A DNA stretch of 64,000 nt from the human T2T-CHM13v2.0 reference genome, Homo sapiens (GCF_009914755.1 NC_060929.1), one strand, 5' to 3'. Shown: positions 30,719 to 48,045, counted from the first letter of the stretch. Numbers and translations: made by a program. Notes: generated by a model from the sequence alone, not told the origin.

Positions 30719-31158
30719 TCTGATGGTTAATTTTATGTGTCAACTTGACTGGGCTAAGGGATGCCCAGATAGCCCGTATTTTTTAGTGTGACTGTAAGGA
30801 AGTTTCCAAAAGAGATTAGCATTTGAATTGGTAAACTGCGTAAAGAAGGTTGCTCTCATCAATGTGAATGGGCATCATTCAATCTGTTGAGGGTCAGCAT
30901 AGAAGAAAATAAAGGAAGGGCAAATTTTCTCTATTTGAGCTGGGGCATTTATCTTCTCTTGTCCTTGGACATTGTCACTCCTGGTTCTTAAGCCTTCAGA
31001 CTCAAACCTGGACTTCCACTATCACACACCTACCCTGAACCCTAGTTCTCAGGCCTTGAGACTCAGATTGAATTATACCACTGGCTTTGTGATTCTCCAA
31101 CTTGCAGACTACAGATGGTGGGATTTCTCAGCCTCCATTATTATTTGAGCCAGCATTT

Positions 31159-31205
<47 letters not shown>

Positions 31206-31250
31206 CAGTGAGAGATGATTCTGTTTCTTTGAAGAATCTTGACTAACATA
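30719..31250 (+). mobile_element. MLT2-family 3' LTR of ERV-L provirus, with (CA)n at ~31161-31202
   Basis: tgatggttaattttatgtgtcaacttgactgggctaagggatgcccagatagc...gactaacata. Confidence 0.9.
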
Positions 31251-31882
31251 TGCCTGACTTGTAGAGTATACCTAGAAGTTCATTCTTTTTTCACCCAAAT
31301 TTGAACTTACATGTGGCAAATTATGCATAAGTTAAAATCAACTATTTCCAGCAACATGTAACAAAGCTATTAGCAATTTATGTATAGTATTTCATTGTTT
31401 TATGTTTCCTGTGTTTTAAATGCCAGTATATTAAAATACTTGACTGTAGATAACAGTAGATACTTTAGTAAACCTTTTCCAAGATAATTCAATATTAAAA
31501 AAAAAAAAGAAACAACTAAAGGCTAGAATGTGGTTTTCTAGGAAATACAATTAATAATATAAAATCTTCCCTTATTTGTAATTAAATGAAATGGTAGAAA
31601 ATCTATATTTGTTATGTGGTAACCAAAAAAGAAAAGAACGTTAAAAAGAGGATTTATTATGTAAGGTGTTTTTTTTTTTTTCACTCTTGCACAGGCTGAG
31701 TCACATACTTTATTATTTTATTTTAATTTTGAAATAAAACTATTTTAAACAAATAGTAATCCTGTCAGAAGAGTATGTTTAATTATCTATTATTAAATTA
31801 TAATCTCCTAGATTTTGTGAAAAGCTCTAGATTTTTTTCTATATTGATCTAACTACAAGGCAGCATTATGTCCAAATGATAT

Positions 31883-32506
<624 letters not shown>

Positions 32507-32570
32507 AACCCATTGCTATTATACTATCAAAGCTTTACACTAATTCCTCGCTTATTCACACTCACAGTAA

Positions 32571-32629
32571 TATGTATGTTGTGTGTGTGTGTATATATAT
32601 AGAGAGAGAGAGAGTGAGAGAGAGACAGA

Positions 32630-32671
<42 letters not shown>
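32571..32671. repeat. Compound (TG)n(TA)n(GA)n microsatellite
   Basis: Direct inspection. Confidence 0.95.
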
Positions 32672-32673
<2 letters not shown>

Positions 32674-35600
32674 CTTCTCAGGAGAGAAGAGTAAGTGAGC
32701 ACAAACTTGAACCAGAACAGATAAGTGTGGTCCTCAGGCATTCTCCTGCTTAAGATTTGCTTTTAATAAATCATCAGACTGACAAATTACTTAAAAAAAA
32801 CTGAAAAGGTTCAAGATGCATAGACCTGAAGGCAACAGAAGTCTGGGCTATGAGAGCATCATTCTTTGATTATATCATTAGATTTAACCAAAGACAAATT
32901 CGGCCACAAAAATCTCCCAATTTCTATTCTGGCAGTGACTCAGCACATTATCCTACTAATTCCACAGATTTTTAACTGGCCCTCCAAATCAAAAACCAAT
33001 GTTTGTCCCCTGATTTTTTATAATAAAAATGCATTTCCATCTGTGCAAGCCCCAGCAAGGCAGAGTTTTCACTGTTTTTATGCTGTTTTGACAGAATTAT
33101 GCTAGAGATCAATGGATAATACAACACAAAGTGCCATGTGATCAGCATATTTCACAGATTGAAATGTTAATTTCAGGCTAATAGAAATGAAGAGAGCTTA
33201 AAAACAAATGCAGGAAAGGAAACACACACACACACACACACACACAGGATGCTATTGCATTTGAAACATTCTGCACATCTGTTATTAATCTTCCTCTACT
33301 ACGCAACGAATAGTTATATTAGCTACTGAAACATCAGAAAAAATAGCATCTAGAGAGGATGTTGTAATATTCCATAAATATTCAGCAAACTAGGCCAGTT
33401 TCACAGGCTTTGGGAAAGGAAAGGGTGAGTTTGGTGCTCTTCGCTTGTGTGAAGGGACCTGGAAGTGGCGTGAATTAAAATAAAAGTGAAAACAATATGA
33501 CATGTAAACCATTTATAATCCTAAGGCCAGGGCTACTGTATGTTCATATCCCAGGGAAATTTGCCAAATAATTAATAATATAATTTTCCCCACACCCTAA
33601 GTGTCTGAGATATTATAGGAGAAAAATCTCCGCTTCATGAAAAATGTCTTTAGTGTAGATGTTATCAAGGATAAATGTCTTATATTAAGAAAAATAAGCT
33701 ATAATATAGTGGATAATACAATTCCAGTAATAAAATCTAATGCCTGAAAATCATTTTAATTTTGGAGTGCTTGTACTCCAAATAACTAGTAGAAAGCCTA
33801 TTGATAAACAGATAATATCTATACGGTACTTTTTCAGTTCCACAAATTCTAAGTGAGATCTTCATGCCTTTCAAGACACTTTTAATATAAAAAATATTAT
33901 CTTTAAACTTTAACATAACTGGAATGTATAACCTGATTCTTTATGGACACAGAATGATATGCTGAATGAGTTTTGCACTATGTGATTTGGCAGGTGCAAA
34001 TTCATTGAGAATTTTTGCTAGCAAAAGAATGACAAAATCATGGTGCTACAAATATCCTCAAATTTAATGTTGCTTGATTTGGATTTTTTTTTTCTTTAAA
34101 GCAGCTTGTTGCTTCTGGGAAGATTATACACTTCATGGATGCCATTTATAAGAACCAACCCTCCCTCCCTCCCATCTCCCTTCCTTCCTTCCTTCCCTCC
34201 CTCCTTCCCTTTTTGTTACTATATGATACTTGGCCAGGGACAAGGTGTGAGAGAGGGGAACAATTCTAAACTGATGTAGGTGTATCTGATCGTGAAACTA
34301 TTATTAATAGAGGAAGACATAATGTAAGGGAACTGGATTATATTAAAATTATGGAGTCTGAATCTGATGAACATAATCTAAAGCATATTATTACAGAGAA
34401 AAAGAGCATCTATAAATTTGCAGATTGATCCTGAAGTTATTCATCTAACATAAAAAGGTTACAAAAATGAAATCCATTGTTTATTTATATATAGTTTTGC
34501 CAAATTTCAAGGTTAAATGCTTCTCTAGAAAATTAGAATAAAAATTATAAAAATCTACAAATACTATTCGGTGAAGTCACAATATCATTAAAAATTTGGA
34601 CAGGCAAAGGATTTCAGGAGTCATTTATTAATCCAAAACTCCTGTTGAAACAACAGGGAAATAAATTATTTTATATATTCATAAAACAATTACTGTTCGA
34701 TGTGTAAGATATACAATGTGTATTATAAATATGAAACCATCTGATTACTCAGAAGTATTGTATATCATAATATAAGCAGAAACAACAAAACAAAAACACA
34801 ATTAAGGTAATTTTCATGATACAGTGTATGATGGCTGTGAAATAATAATCAGGACGATAAATACTGAAGAATTCAATGGAAGGAGAAGTGCCTGGGTCAA
34901 GCTTGTCAGGGAAGCAGAGGTATAGCTCAAGTTAGAATTTTAAGAATTGTCAAGATTTTTTGCATAGTAAAATTAAAACATACTTCAGGCAAATGAAGAG
35001 CATTATTACATTCTGCTCCATGCTATGAAACAGCAAATTACATGCTCCCTCATGGCCACCATCAGTACCTTTGCATGTGCATAATGGTAGAGAAAATAGG
35101 GATATCTTCCCCTATTATTCAGACCTTCCTCCCCAAAACAATGATATTTTGACCTTATATATCCATAATCTCTGTCATTTCTCTTATCTCAATAAACTGT
35201 TTTCTCAAGGCAATCTAGAATGTTTAGGCTTTGTCGTTTCACTGTTTGTCTGTGACAACCGTTTTCTGTATTTATATAGATCTTCTTTATCATACTTAAA
35301 GCTAGTTCAATTTAGGTTACAGAATAAGAAAATAAATCTTAGGATTATGAAAAATATGCTGAGTTATTTTTATAAAGGATATGTTAATTTTTGTTTCATT
35401 AATTTGGGAGGAATCATCCACCCATGATACTTTTATTTATTTAGATATCCTTAAGTTTGATGTGCTTTTCTTTATAATTTTTTTATGATGCCTTTGAGGA
35501 TAAGAATATATCACTAGATAAATATATGCTTCCATATAGCAGATTGATTTTTTTTATATGGGCTAGATATTTATAATATCTCCTGTCACTAAAAACAACA

Positions 35601-38600
35601 ATCTATGTTTGATAGGTATTAAGCATTTAATAAATATCTGATGAACAAACCTGAATATCCTCTTTAAAAGTCATCAGAGAAATGAAAAACAGCTGTTCCT
35701 TTCCACTGGTTGCTTAGTTATCTGCTGAATATTTCACATGAATCCCAAACAATTATGCCACTTGGGCCCTAAACAAAGTAAAAGAATTTTATAAAATACA
35801 TTATGGGATGTGTGGGGCGGTTACATTTTGAAGCTTATATTTGCTAAGCATCACTGTCATATTTCTTTGGCTCCATATTTTTAGTTCTTTCAGTTTTGTA
35901 ACCAGAGATCCAAACTTTCATCTCTAATCTCTCAATCACCCTCATTTACTTGAAAAATTCAATGGAAGCCTCACCACATTTAACAAAGCCAAACTTAACT
36001 GAGCTTTAAAACTTGAAAGCAGGGGCAGGCCATATCTTCAACAGCATGAATAATATCATAATTTAAAAAAAGCAAAATGCCTTCAACTGATAGAGCAAGA
36101 TTAAATTGTATATTTACTCTAGGTTCTGGCCATAGAAAAAGTCAAGGGGCTGTTTGAACGCCAGTGGGAAAAGTAGTAGCAAATAGGTGCTCAGAGTGTA
36201 TTTCCTTATATTTCCTATCACTTTATTTTTTCCGCATCATTTTATTACTTTATTGGGTGGCAAAAAGTAAAGAGCCCATGAGCCCCTATCAACAATTCTA
36301 TAGCTACTCAAAGTACATGTTGTCCTGCTAATATTTTATTTTATATCATAATATTTTTTAGTTTCTGAAATAAACTTGAGGTTATCTTACGTTGATCATT
36401 CAAGGTAGTTGAATCTTCCTGGAAGAAGTATCCTAAAATCATGAAGGCCAAATCACAGAGCACAAAAACAAGCAGGAGTTACCCAGGGCAGTCATAATTA
36501 CTTTGGAAAGCATCACTTCTTATTTAGACTCCTGTGGTTAAATATTTGAGAAACATGTTATAGTTGGTTTAACTTAAAAAGTGGGAATTATTACATGCTC
36601 AGAGAGGTAGCTCCTAGAATGTAAGAGCAGAGATGAGACATGCATTAAGACACACTGAATCTAACTAGAAATTTATCAGAAATGTTATATATGCTTTATC
36701 TCTGCTTTCTTGCCTTTTTTCTTTCCAAATATTCTCATTACATACTGTTTTTTTTTTTTTCCTGCTTCTTGGAGATAGTGAAACTGCCACCACACCACTC
36801 CTTAGTTATCTTAGTTCCAGACATGCAGGGGAACCAACTGACTGACTCTGAATCCTCTTTGTAAATCTAGCATTGTAAGAGCCCTCTACTATGACTACAT
36901 TCACCTTTTGAAAATCATCAGGTTTAACTCATTTTAAGACATCTTATTTTGTGTTTTTGCGTTTATGATGTTCAAGAATTCTATATTTTGATTTATGTAA
37001 CTTAAAAATAGTAAAACAATGGTAAAGAAAATGTGATGAAAATATTTGAATTGGTTCTAGTGGTCAGCAATGTTATTGAATAATGTGTGTATTTAATACA
37101 CTCAAGTGTATTTGCATACTAATTCCTATATTTACATATATTTATACATGTTTATATGTATAGAAAATATGTAAATAAAATGTATTGGCCATATAAATAA
37201 ATTTCAAGTTATGAAAAACTGGATTAAGAAAACATAAAGGCATACTGAGTTTGTTTGTGAGAATGCAAGACCATTAATCACTTCAGAAACACTGCGTTGA
37301 AATCACCTTCACTAATAGGACATTTGTGTGTTACGTTGACTACTGTGTACCTCTCGTGGTATTTATCCTAATACAATTCTATATATTTGAAAAGAGAGAG
37401 CCATTCCACCAATGTTAGCACAATTCACATAATTTTAGAATGTTGTATAATCAATACTTTTATAGTCTCAAGCTTGTACAGGCCTCAAAGCAGAAGGTTA
37501 GGTCATTCTTCTCATGGGGTATAGAGTTTAGCCTTCATCAACAAGTGCTGTGACTGTGCATAGCTGGATTTTATTTTATTTTTTATTATTTTCAGTATAA
37601 ATATATATGTTTTCATTTTTATTTTTGTATATGTTGATGCATACATTTAGAAGTCACATATTTCTTTGTATATTTAGAAATATACACATGTATGTGTGTT
37701 TATACACAAACGCATAAATGTGTATATTTCCAAATATATCTAGATATAATCTGTCAGTCTGGTATTTCATGCATACAGGGAACAAGCAAAGATATATCAC
37801 AGCACAAAATGGGCACTAGCTTATTAAGTGGTATCATCCACTCACCTGGGCTGGTAGTGTTCAACAGTGTGTCTTGTATCCAGATTTTCTTTCTTGCCAC
37901 CTACTTTGGAGTTCAGAAGAGTTTGTGATGCCAGACACATTTTTTCCATGCCCCTCATACTTGTCAAAGAGGCCTCAGGCACCTAGTATTCCAGGTGTTT
38001 TTACTCTAGGTCTTCTGTCAGCCTATCTTGAGTTTCTCTAAATTTAAATGAGAATGGCCAGAACAGGCTAACTCCAGGACTGGGTAATCTTTAGCATCTG
38101 GTCCCACTGTTATGGCACTCTGAAAGACCCCAGTGGTCCTCAGTGCAGCCCGGCTATCGCCTGCCCCGTCTACCATCCTTTGTACTGTATTTCATAAACC
38201 AAACTTGTGCCGCCCTTAACCTGTCCTGAGGACTCAGGCCTAGCCTTGCTACCTCTGATGGAAAGCCTCTTCTCCACCCATTGTACATGCACCAATAGGA
38301 AACAATTTTCCTGATTTAAAGGTGGAGGAAAAGTGGACAGAATTCCCTCTGGAGGGTGGTAGAACTATTACTGGGTCTGGTAAAATTGCTGGCCTGGTTT
38401 TAGCCACAAGGGTGTAAAACCATGGAACTAGCAAGAAAAGCCTCTAATGGCTTCCTTTCCTGACAGTAGGTTGCAAAGGGCTCAATGGCCCCTAGTGTAA
38501 ATGTAGGTATATCTGTGTGTGTGACTCTATGTGTGTACCTCTGGGTATTTTTATTGGATTATGTTTATTTTATACATATGCATTTATATTTTGATATGTT

Positions 38601-38654
38601 TCTGTAGATATTTGTATAAATACATATGTTATATCTATATTCATTTTTTATCAT

Positions 38655-39000
38655 TTATCTTTTTTATTTCTAAAAATGTAAGGAGTACAAGTGCAATGAA
38701 TATGTTGTGTATTGGTGAAGTTTGAGCTTTTAGAGTAACCATCACCTGAATAATGTACATTGTACACATGAAGTAATTACTCATCCACCCGCCCTCCCAC
38801 CACCCACCCTTAAAGTCTCCAGTTCGTCATTCTGTACTCTATGTTCATGTGTACATATTATTTAGCTCCTACTTAAAAGTGAGAGCATACAGTATTTGCA
38901 TTTGTTTCTTAATTGTTTCTTTTAAGATAATAGCTTCCAGTTCCATCCATGTTGCTGCAAAATACAGAATTCCATTCTCCTTGTGGCTAAGTAGTATTCC
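38655..39000 (-). mobile_element. L1PB-type 3' end
   Basis: ggagtacaagtgca...ggtgaagtttgagcttttag...tagctcctacttaaaagtgagagcatac; minus ORF contains FAATWMELEAIIL. Confidence 0.85.
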
Positions 39001-39192
39001 GGTGTGTGTGTGTGTATATAAACACATACACATATGTGTATAAATATACATATATGTATATACCCATATACACATATATATACACAATGGAATGCTACTT
39101 AGATGCAAAAGAAGGAAATTCTGTACTTAAGTATTATTCTTAAGAATAACGTGTTTATTATTTAATAATACTGCAATTAAGTAGTATTCCTT

Positions 39193-39648
39193 TGTGTGTG
39201 TATATATACACACATATATACACGTGTGTGTGTATATACACACATATATACACGTGTGTGTGTATATACACACATATATACACGTGTGTGTGTATACACA
39301 CATATATACACGTGTGTGTGTATACACACATATATACGTGTGTGTGTACACACATATATACGTGTGTGTGTACACACATATATACACGTGTGTGTGTACA
39401 CACATATATACACATATGTGTGTGTATACACACATGTGCGTGTACACACACATACACACATGTGTGTGCGTATACGCACGCGCATACACGTGTGTGCGTA
39501 TACGCACGCGCATATACGTGTGTGTACACATATATATACATACACACATATATACACGTATATACCTATATAGGTATATACATATATATACGTATATAGG
39601 TATATACATATATATACATATATACACATATATATATGTATATACATA
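39193..39648. repeat. Alternating purine-pyrimidine VNTR (~24-30-bp units with CACGTG)
   Basis: tatatacacacatatatacacgtgtgtgtg units; CACGTG at 39221, 39251, 39281, 39309 and 39385. Confidence 0.95.
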
Positions 39649-39977
39649 CCTACGACTGGGTAATTTATAAATAAAAAGAGGGTTAATGGACTCATAGTTT
39701 TCACATGGCTGGGGAGGCCTCACAATCATGGTAGAAGGTGAAGGAGAAGCAAAGGCATATCTTACATGGTGACAGGCAAGAGAACGTGTGCAGGGGAACT
39801 GCCCTTTATAAAACTATCAGATCTTGTGAACAGTCACTCACTCTTGTGAGAACAGCATGGAGGTAACCGCCCTTATGATTCAATTACTTTTCACCAGGTC
39901 CCTCCCACAGCACAAGGGGATTATGAGAACTACAATTCAAGATGAGATTTGGGTGCGGGCACAGCCAAGCCACATCA
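39645..39977 (-). mobile_element. THE1 (C/D-like) solo LTR with its 3' terminus replaced by the VNTR
   Basis: gactgggtaatttata...ggggaggcctcacaatcatgg...caggggaactgccctttataaa...cagccaagccacatca. Confidence 0.9.
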
Positions 39978-39989
39978 GGTAGATAACTA

Positions 39990-40212
39990 GTATGTGTATG
40001 TATATACACACACACACATATATATACATATACACATATATGTGCATATACATATATATGTATATATACACATGTGCATATACATATATATGTATATATA
40101 CACATGTGCATATACATATATATGTATATATACACACATATTTGCATATACATATATATGTATATATACACACATATTTGCATGTGTCTGTATGTATATA
40201 TGTGTGTATATA
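39990..40212. repeat. (TA/CA/TG) minisatellite, ~32-bp units
   Basis: tgtgcatatacatatatatgtatatatacaca repeated. Confidence 0.9.
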
Positions 40213-40285
40213 TGGGAAATGTCTGAACTTTCCCCTCAATTGTGCTGTGAACCAAAAACTGTCCTAAAAAATGAAGTCTATTGAG
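40205..40285 (+). mobile_element. L1MD/L1MC 3' terminus
   Basis: tatatgggaaatgtctgaactttcccctcaattgtgctgtgaaccaaaaactgtcctaaaaaatgaagtctatt. Confidence 0.75.
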
Positions 40286-40363
40286 AATGCTACATAAAGT
40301 AAAACAAGGTTTAATGATTTTAAAAATTAAACTACTTTTCATATCTTATTTACAGTTTCTATC

Positions 40364-40394
<31 letters not shown>

Positions 40395-42791
40395 AACAGA
40401 CTTCATGGTGGGTTGAGGGTAGAAGAGTGAAAGAAAACATGCAGAGCAAATGAAGACCTCTCACGGAAGGTGATGATCATGTAAACCTTATTAGGGCAAT
40501 GGAGCAAAAGGGTTGGTAGTGCAACCTTCCCTACTTTCAACTCTGAATGCCAAACATAGATATCCTAGTGTGAGAGAAATGAAACAATCTTGTCCTTCAC
40601 TGCTGTGAGCCTTCTTTCTGTAAAATCAACACCAAGTTGAAATCAGAAGTATATTAGGTTGAAAGATTTTGAGAACTTGGGCCCCTCTTTCATACAAGTA
40701 CCTTGTTCTCACATAGATTACCTTGAGAACAAATATGCTTTCAACAGACACCAAAGTGTCAAGCATCTTTGTCCTTTTAACCATCAAAATTATTTCTAAG
40801 AAGTTAAGAAGAAATTAAATAAGCCAGGGATAAATTATTTTGTCAAACTTCATCTCAGAATGGTATGATTTGAAGATTTAACCTTTGGTAATTTACCCAG
40901 TAATTTATTTTCTAGATACAAGTGCCTATTGCGGCCTTATAACAACAGCAAGCTTAAGAAAATGTAGAAATATATAATTAAGGAAAAAGCTGACATTTAT
41001 GTTTCCCTTAAATTTATACAGCTGCTTCTTGGTGCAGCAGTAGACCTCTTACATCAATATGAAGTTGATTTCAATCAACATTGATTGCCCAGTCTGGACC
41101 ATTAAGTGCATAAGCTGATTTCAGAGAAATGAAATATGATAGATGTAGAAATCAGTGTAGGAAAGCTAAAGAACAACAGGAAGAAATCAAGGGTCCTGAA
41201 GTAAATAAACTCATTCCTCACTGTTTGCTAATTAGCTTTTTTTTTTCTGCTTTTAAGTTTAGCAATTTTGTTGATTGTTCTTTTCTTCTTTAAAGTGTCT
41301 GAATCTAGAGGATCTGAAACACAGTGCATCCAAAGAACGTTAAAATGGTAAATAAATCCATCCTAGTACCATTTCCCAAATTAACGAAAGCTCTACATAC
41401 ACAGGGAAGTAGGAAAAGTAAGTATAGGGAAGCTGAAGTTGCTCAGGAACACAAAGGTGAATGTGGGTGTGAAGGAGCATTCAGAGATTTGAAAGTAATG
41501 AAATTTCATTCACTTTATCATAATACTTCCATTTTCCTTATATTCTGAAATCTGAATGTCCTTTTAAAAAGCAGCTAAGTTTTCTTACTCCTGATACAGT
41601 TGTTTTATTTAAACAATAAAACTCAACTGTTTAGAGAATACTGAAACTCATCACCCTTTTATTAACAACCATTAACTGCATATAAATTTTCCAGAAAATG
41701 GAAAGCATTAGAAGTTTAGAACTTCCTGAGTGTCCTATGAGATTAAATGTACACAAGTTATTTAGGTTATGCTATATATTTTGTTGTACTCCCTAACAGT
41801 CTTAAGACAGTAATAAAACAGAAGAATGAGGGGCCACAAACTAGGTAAAAGGCAAGAGAAATAGGAAGAAACACAGATATGAAAAACAGAGACTGTTTAG
41901 ATTTCAATATTCATATTTCATTTGAACCGAAAACTGTCTAGTGTTTTAACATATACAAAAAGTAGATAACCTTATCCTTTTGCACCTTTTTAAAAATTCC
42001 ATCAAAGAGCTTTCATGCTCTTTAATTATTAACGAGAAGCCCTCTTCGGTACTTTTCTTTCTCTGTGTTACAGTGTCTAATATCCATCTGGATATTTCTC
42101 TCAATTAACCCAAAGAGATAATTTTTTAATTTCCCATGCTAAAATGCAGTCCTTAATGTCCTGCTTACACTTTTTAGATTATAAATAATCTAAAAGAAGC
42201 CTTTGATTCTTATGTAATATGGAGCATATGTATTTAACTGAAGCCATAACTTTAATCTGTAGGGTGCATAATTATAGCACAGTTTGATTTTAAGTTATGG
42301 TTTAAGGAACCATAACGTCTCAAATAGCATAAGGTATAGGCATATTTTTGCAAAATGTATTTGTGAATCTTCACTGAACATTCAAAATATGGATTCAAAA
42401 ATTGCTGTGCAATTGCAGCTCTACTGAAATGAACCAGTTATAGGAAAAAAAAAAAAAAACAAAAAAACAACTTTTTCCCCCAGAGCTAAACTTATCTCTT
42501 TTTAAGCTATCACAAGAGCTCCACTGTAGGAAAAAATGTCTTTGCCATTTTAAATACTCTTTTAATTCAGATATTATTCTTTCACTATAAATAGTCCATT
42601 TTGATAACTAATTACGTAGTCCATCTGTCAGAGTTTCACTTCCATTTCTCAAAAATGGCAGCCAGGTATATGATGGGAATCACAGGACTGGTGACTGGTA
42701 TTGGCTGTTGCCTGGGAACTTAAATAAAGGGAATGACAATCAAAACACCTACACCTGGGCTCCACATTTCTTTAGCTTAACTAAAACATCA

Positions 42792-43138
<347 letters not shown>

Positions 43139-43257
43139 CTAAAAGGGAAAGAGCATGTAGGAGCACTTTTGCATTTTTGGGGCCAACTTTGAAATTGACT
43201 AATTATCCTTTCCACGACATTTGATTAAAAGCAAGTGATTAAAACCCTTCATATTCT

Positions 43258-43578
<321 letters not shown>

Positions 43579-46149
43579 TTATTTCATGGAAAAAGCGTCA
43601 GAAAAGCTGCAGATATATTATTAAATCACTATAATCTGCTTCTATTTATATTCTTCACACATGTAAAATAAACTCTTCCCTGTCCCATGTCCTCCTACAC
43701 TGTCTTGCTTATTGTGGTATCATGGTAAGCTTGAAGTTCAACTTAAGTTCAAGTGTGGGTGAATCATCTCAGCTACAGTTCCTCCAGTGTAGCTCCTTGA
43801 GTAAAATTCCTCTGTATCTTGAAGACCTGTGAACTTTACAGACAAATTAACTACACACAAACACATGCACACACACAGACCCATATGCAAATAAATTCCA
43901 ACTAGGCAACAGTGAGACTTGCCCCGGATAACTGCTCTAGACTCTCCCATTCAAAAAGAGAAAAATGGGCACACAAGAATCACATATTTATAGCAAATTT
44001 GAAATCTAGCCAAGAACATGCTGCCAGCTTCTTGATTAGAACTTAATCCTGCTACCTAAGGATGATTCTTCATGACCCTTGTGGATTTACCTTCAAGGTT
44101 CTTGATTTTACTGAATGAGTTACTTATTTCCATTAGAAATGAACAGTATTTACAGCTGAACAGTTTTCTCAGCATGCACCTTGCCTATACTAGTTCAAGG
44201 TTTCAACAGACTTTTAATTCTGTTGTCTGTGTCCCTCTTAGTCTGTGTCTTAGTCTAAGCTGGCCGAGTTTCTGCCAATATGTTCTCTTAAAATTTTTGC
44301 AGGATCTCCATGAGGATTTTGTCCACTAGACAAAAGCTACACTCACAAATCTCATCAAAATAAACCCATCTCCTTGGCTTCCTGTAAGATTGCTGAGGAG
44401 AAAGTCCTCAGGCCCTTGAGACGTCCCGTTCTTTAATGAAGATTTGTGAGGCATGGTTAGAAAGACTGTTGTCTGTTTGAAATACCATAATAAATATTTC
44501 TGTGGTCTTAACAGAAGGTTTTATAGACATGCCCTTATTGCCTCTTTTAGACTATATTTTCCTGACAATACCCTAAATTTGATCTCTTAGAAAATATTTT
44601 TAATTTTTACAATCATTCGCTAACTGAAGAAGCTGTTGATGAAAAAATGGCTTTAATTTGACAATGTACTGGACAATAAATAGACATATATAACATAAGA
44701 AATCCTGTTTTATGCTAAATAAATAAATGTTTTTTTAAATCTTATTTCTTTTACGTTTTAGTATAAGCAGTTAAAGGAAGCCAGGTGGCAACTTTCACAC
44801 TTTGTCTGGAATATTCTTGAGTAGATCATCAAGTTCCTTTTTCTTATTTTTAATGTTAATAAAGGTAACAGTATCATTAAATTTCCGCATATCAATGACT
44901 CTTTTTCTTTTAATCTATCACCAACATCCTATCAAAGTACTACTAGGCTACTAACAGGCTCTGAGGCTTTTTAGGCTCTCACTGTCACTGTTGTCTGCAT
45001 CTTTCCACCTTCTCCCCACCAGCAGGGCTTAAGGCACTCTTACCTGTTTTAAATGTTTTATTGTAGTAGCACCACTTCTGGTAGCCAAAACTATTCCATA
45101 TTCCAGGTATGCATTGCTGTGAAATAAACTAGTGCAATATTTAATGTTTAAAGCAAAATCTTTTTTTTAATTACACATCTGCTATTTGAGAAGGGCTTTG
45201 AGGATACCGCTTACCTCTGCTTCATTTAGCATTACACAGGGTGCTGGATCCTAGAAGCTGAATGCTGGAATTATGTGAAGGCTGTATCAGTCACTTATCT
45301 CCTGGTCAATACTGGCTATAACTTGTTGCCTAAGATAGTACTGCTGGTTTTTATACCATGTAGTCTCTTTATGTAGTTTAGGTATCTCATAACGTGATGG
45401 TTGGTTTCACAAGATGAACATCCCAAGAGAAATAATCAAGCCTTTCCTATCTTAGCATCAAAGATCAGGCAGATTCCCTTTCAGTAACTCTATTAGCACA
45501 AGGTCACAAAAGCTGACCCATATTTAAGTGAAGGGGAATTAAATTCCACACTTTGAAAGACAAGTCTCAAGATATTTGTAAACAAGTTTTAAAACCACAA
45601 TCTTAAGATTTACCGTAATGTAAATCTCTCTTTTATACTTTCAACCGTGGTTCATGATATGCTAAGTAGCATAAAGCATTAAGAAAATACTCCTCTCCAT
45701 GAAACTTTATTTTTGAGACTCTTCCAGTATCTCATTTTTGCAATTAAATTAGAAACTTGACTTGGTTTTCTTATTTTTCATTTATGCTATAGCAAAATAC
45801 TACACACAGCCCTTCAAGAAGATAAACAAATGAGTGTACAGAGACATAATTATGTAACAAATGCAAAGGATAAATACACATTAATATATTTTAATATATA
45901 TTGTTCCTGTTACAATCCAAGGATAATCTCAAAAATATTACAGCGGAGAAAAAAGCAGGAATTGATAAATCAATGTCAGAACGGTTGGATGGATGTTTTC
46001 CTTGGGTATATAATTTTCATTTAGATGGAAGGTTGAAATACTAGTTTGAATCATAGTCACTGACTTTAAGATCTTCTTTTAAGATACTACAAAAATACAG
46101 TTATGCAGTTGAAAAGATAGCTATATAGATATTTGAAACTCAAGAGAAA

Positions 46150-48045
<1,896 letters not shown>

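Noticed and set aside
33420-33432. gg|gtgagt splice-donor-like motif
   Set aside because: A single motif with no supportable exon
39193-39420. Regularly spaced ~30-bp repeats resembling a CRISPR array
   Set aside because: No unique spacers, no cas genes, eukaryotic context; a simple VNTR
39127-40342. Many overlapping 90-200 aa ORFs rich in Y/I/C/V/H/T
   Set aside because: Artefacts of stop-free RY-alternating repeats, open in several frames on both strands
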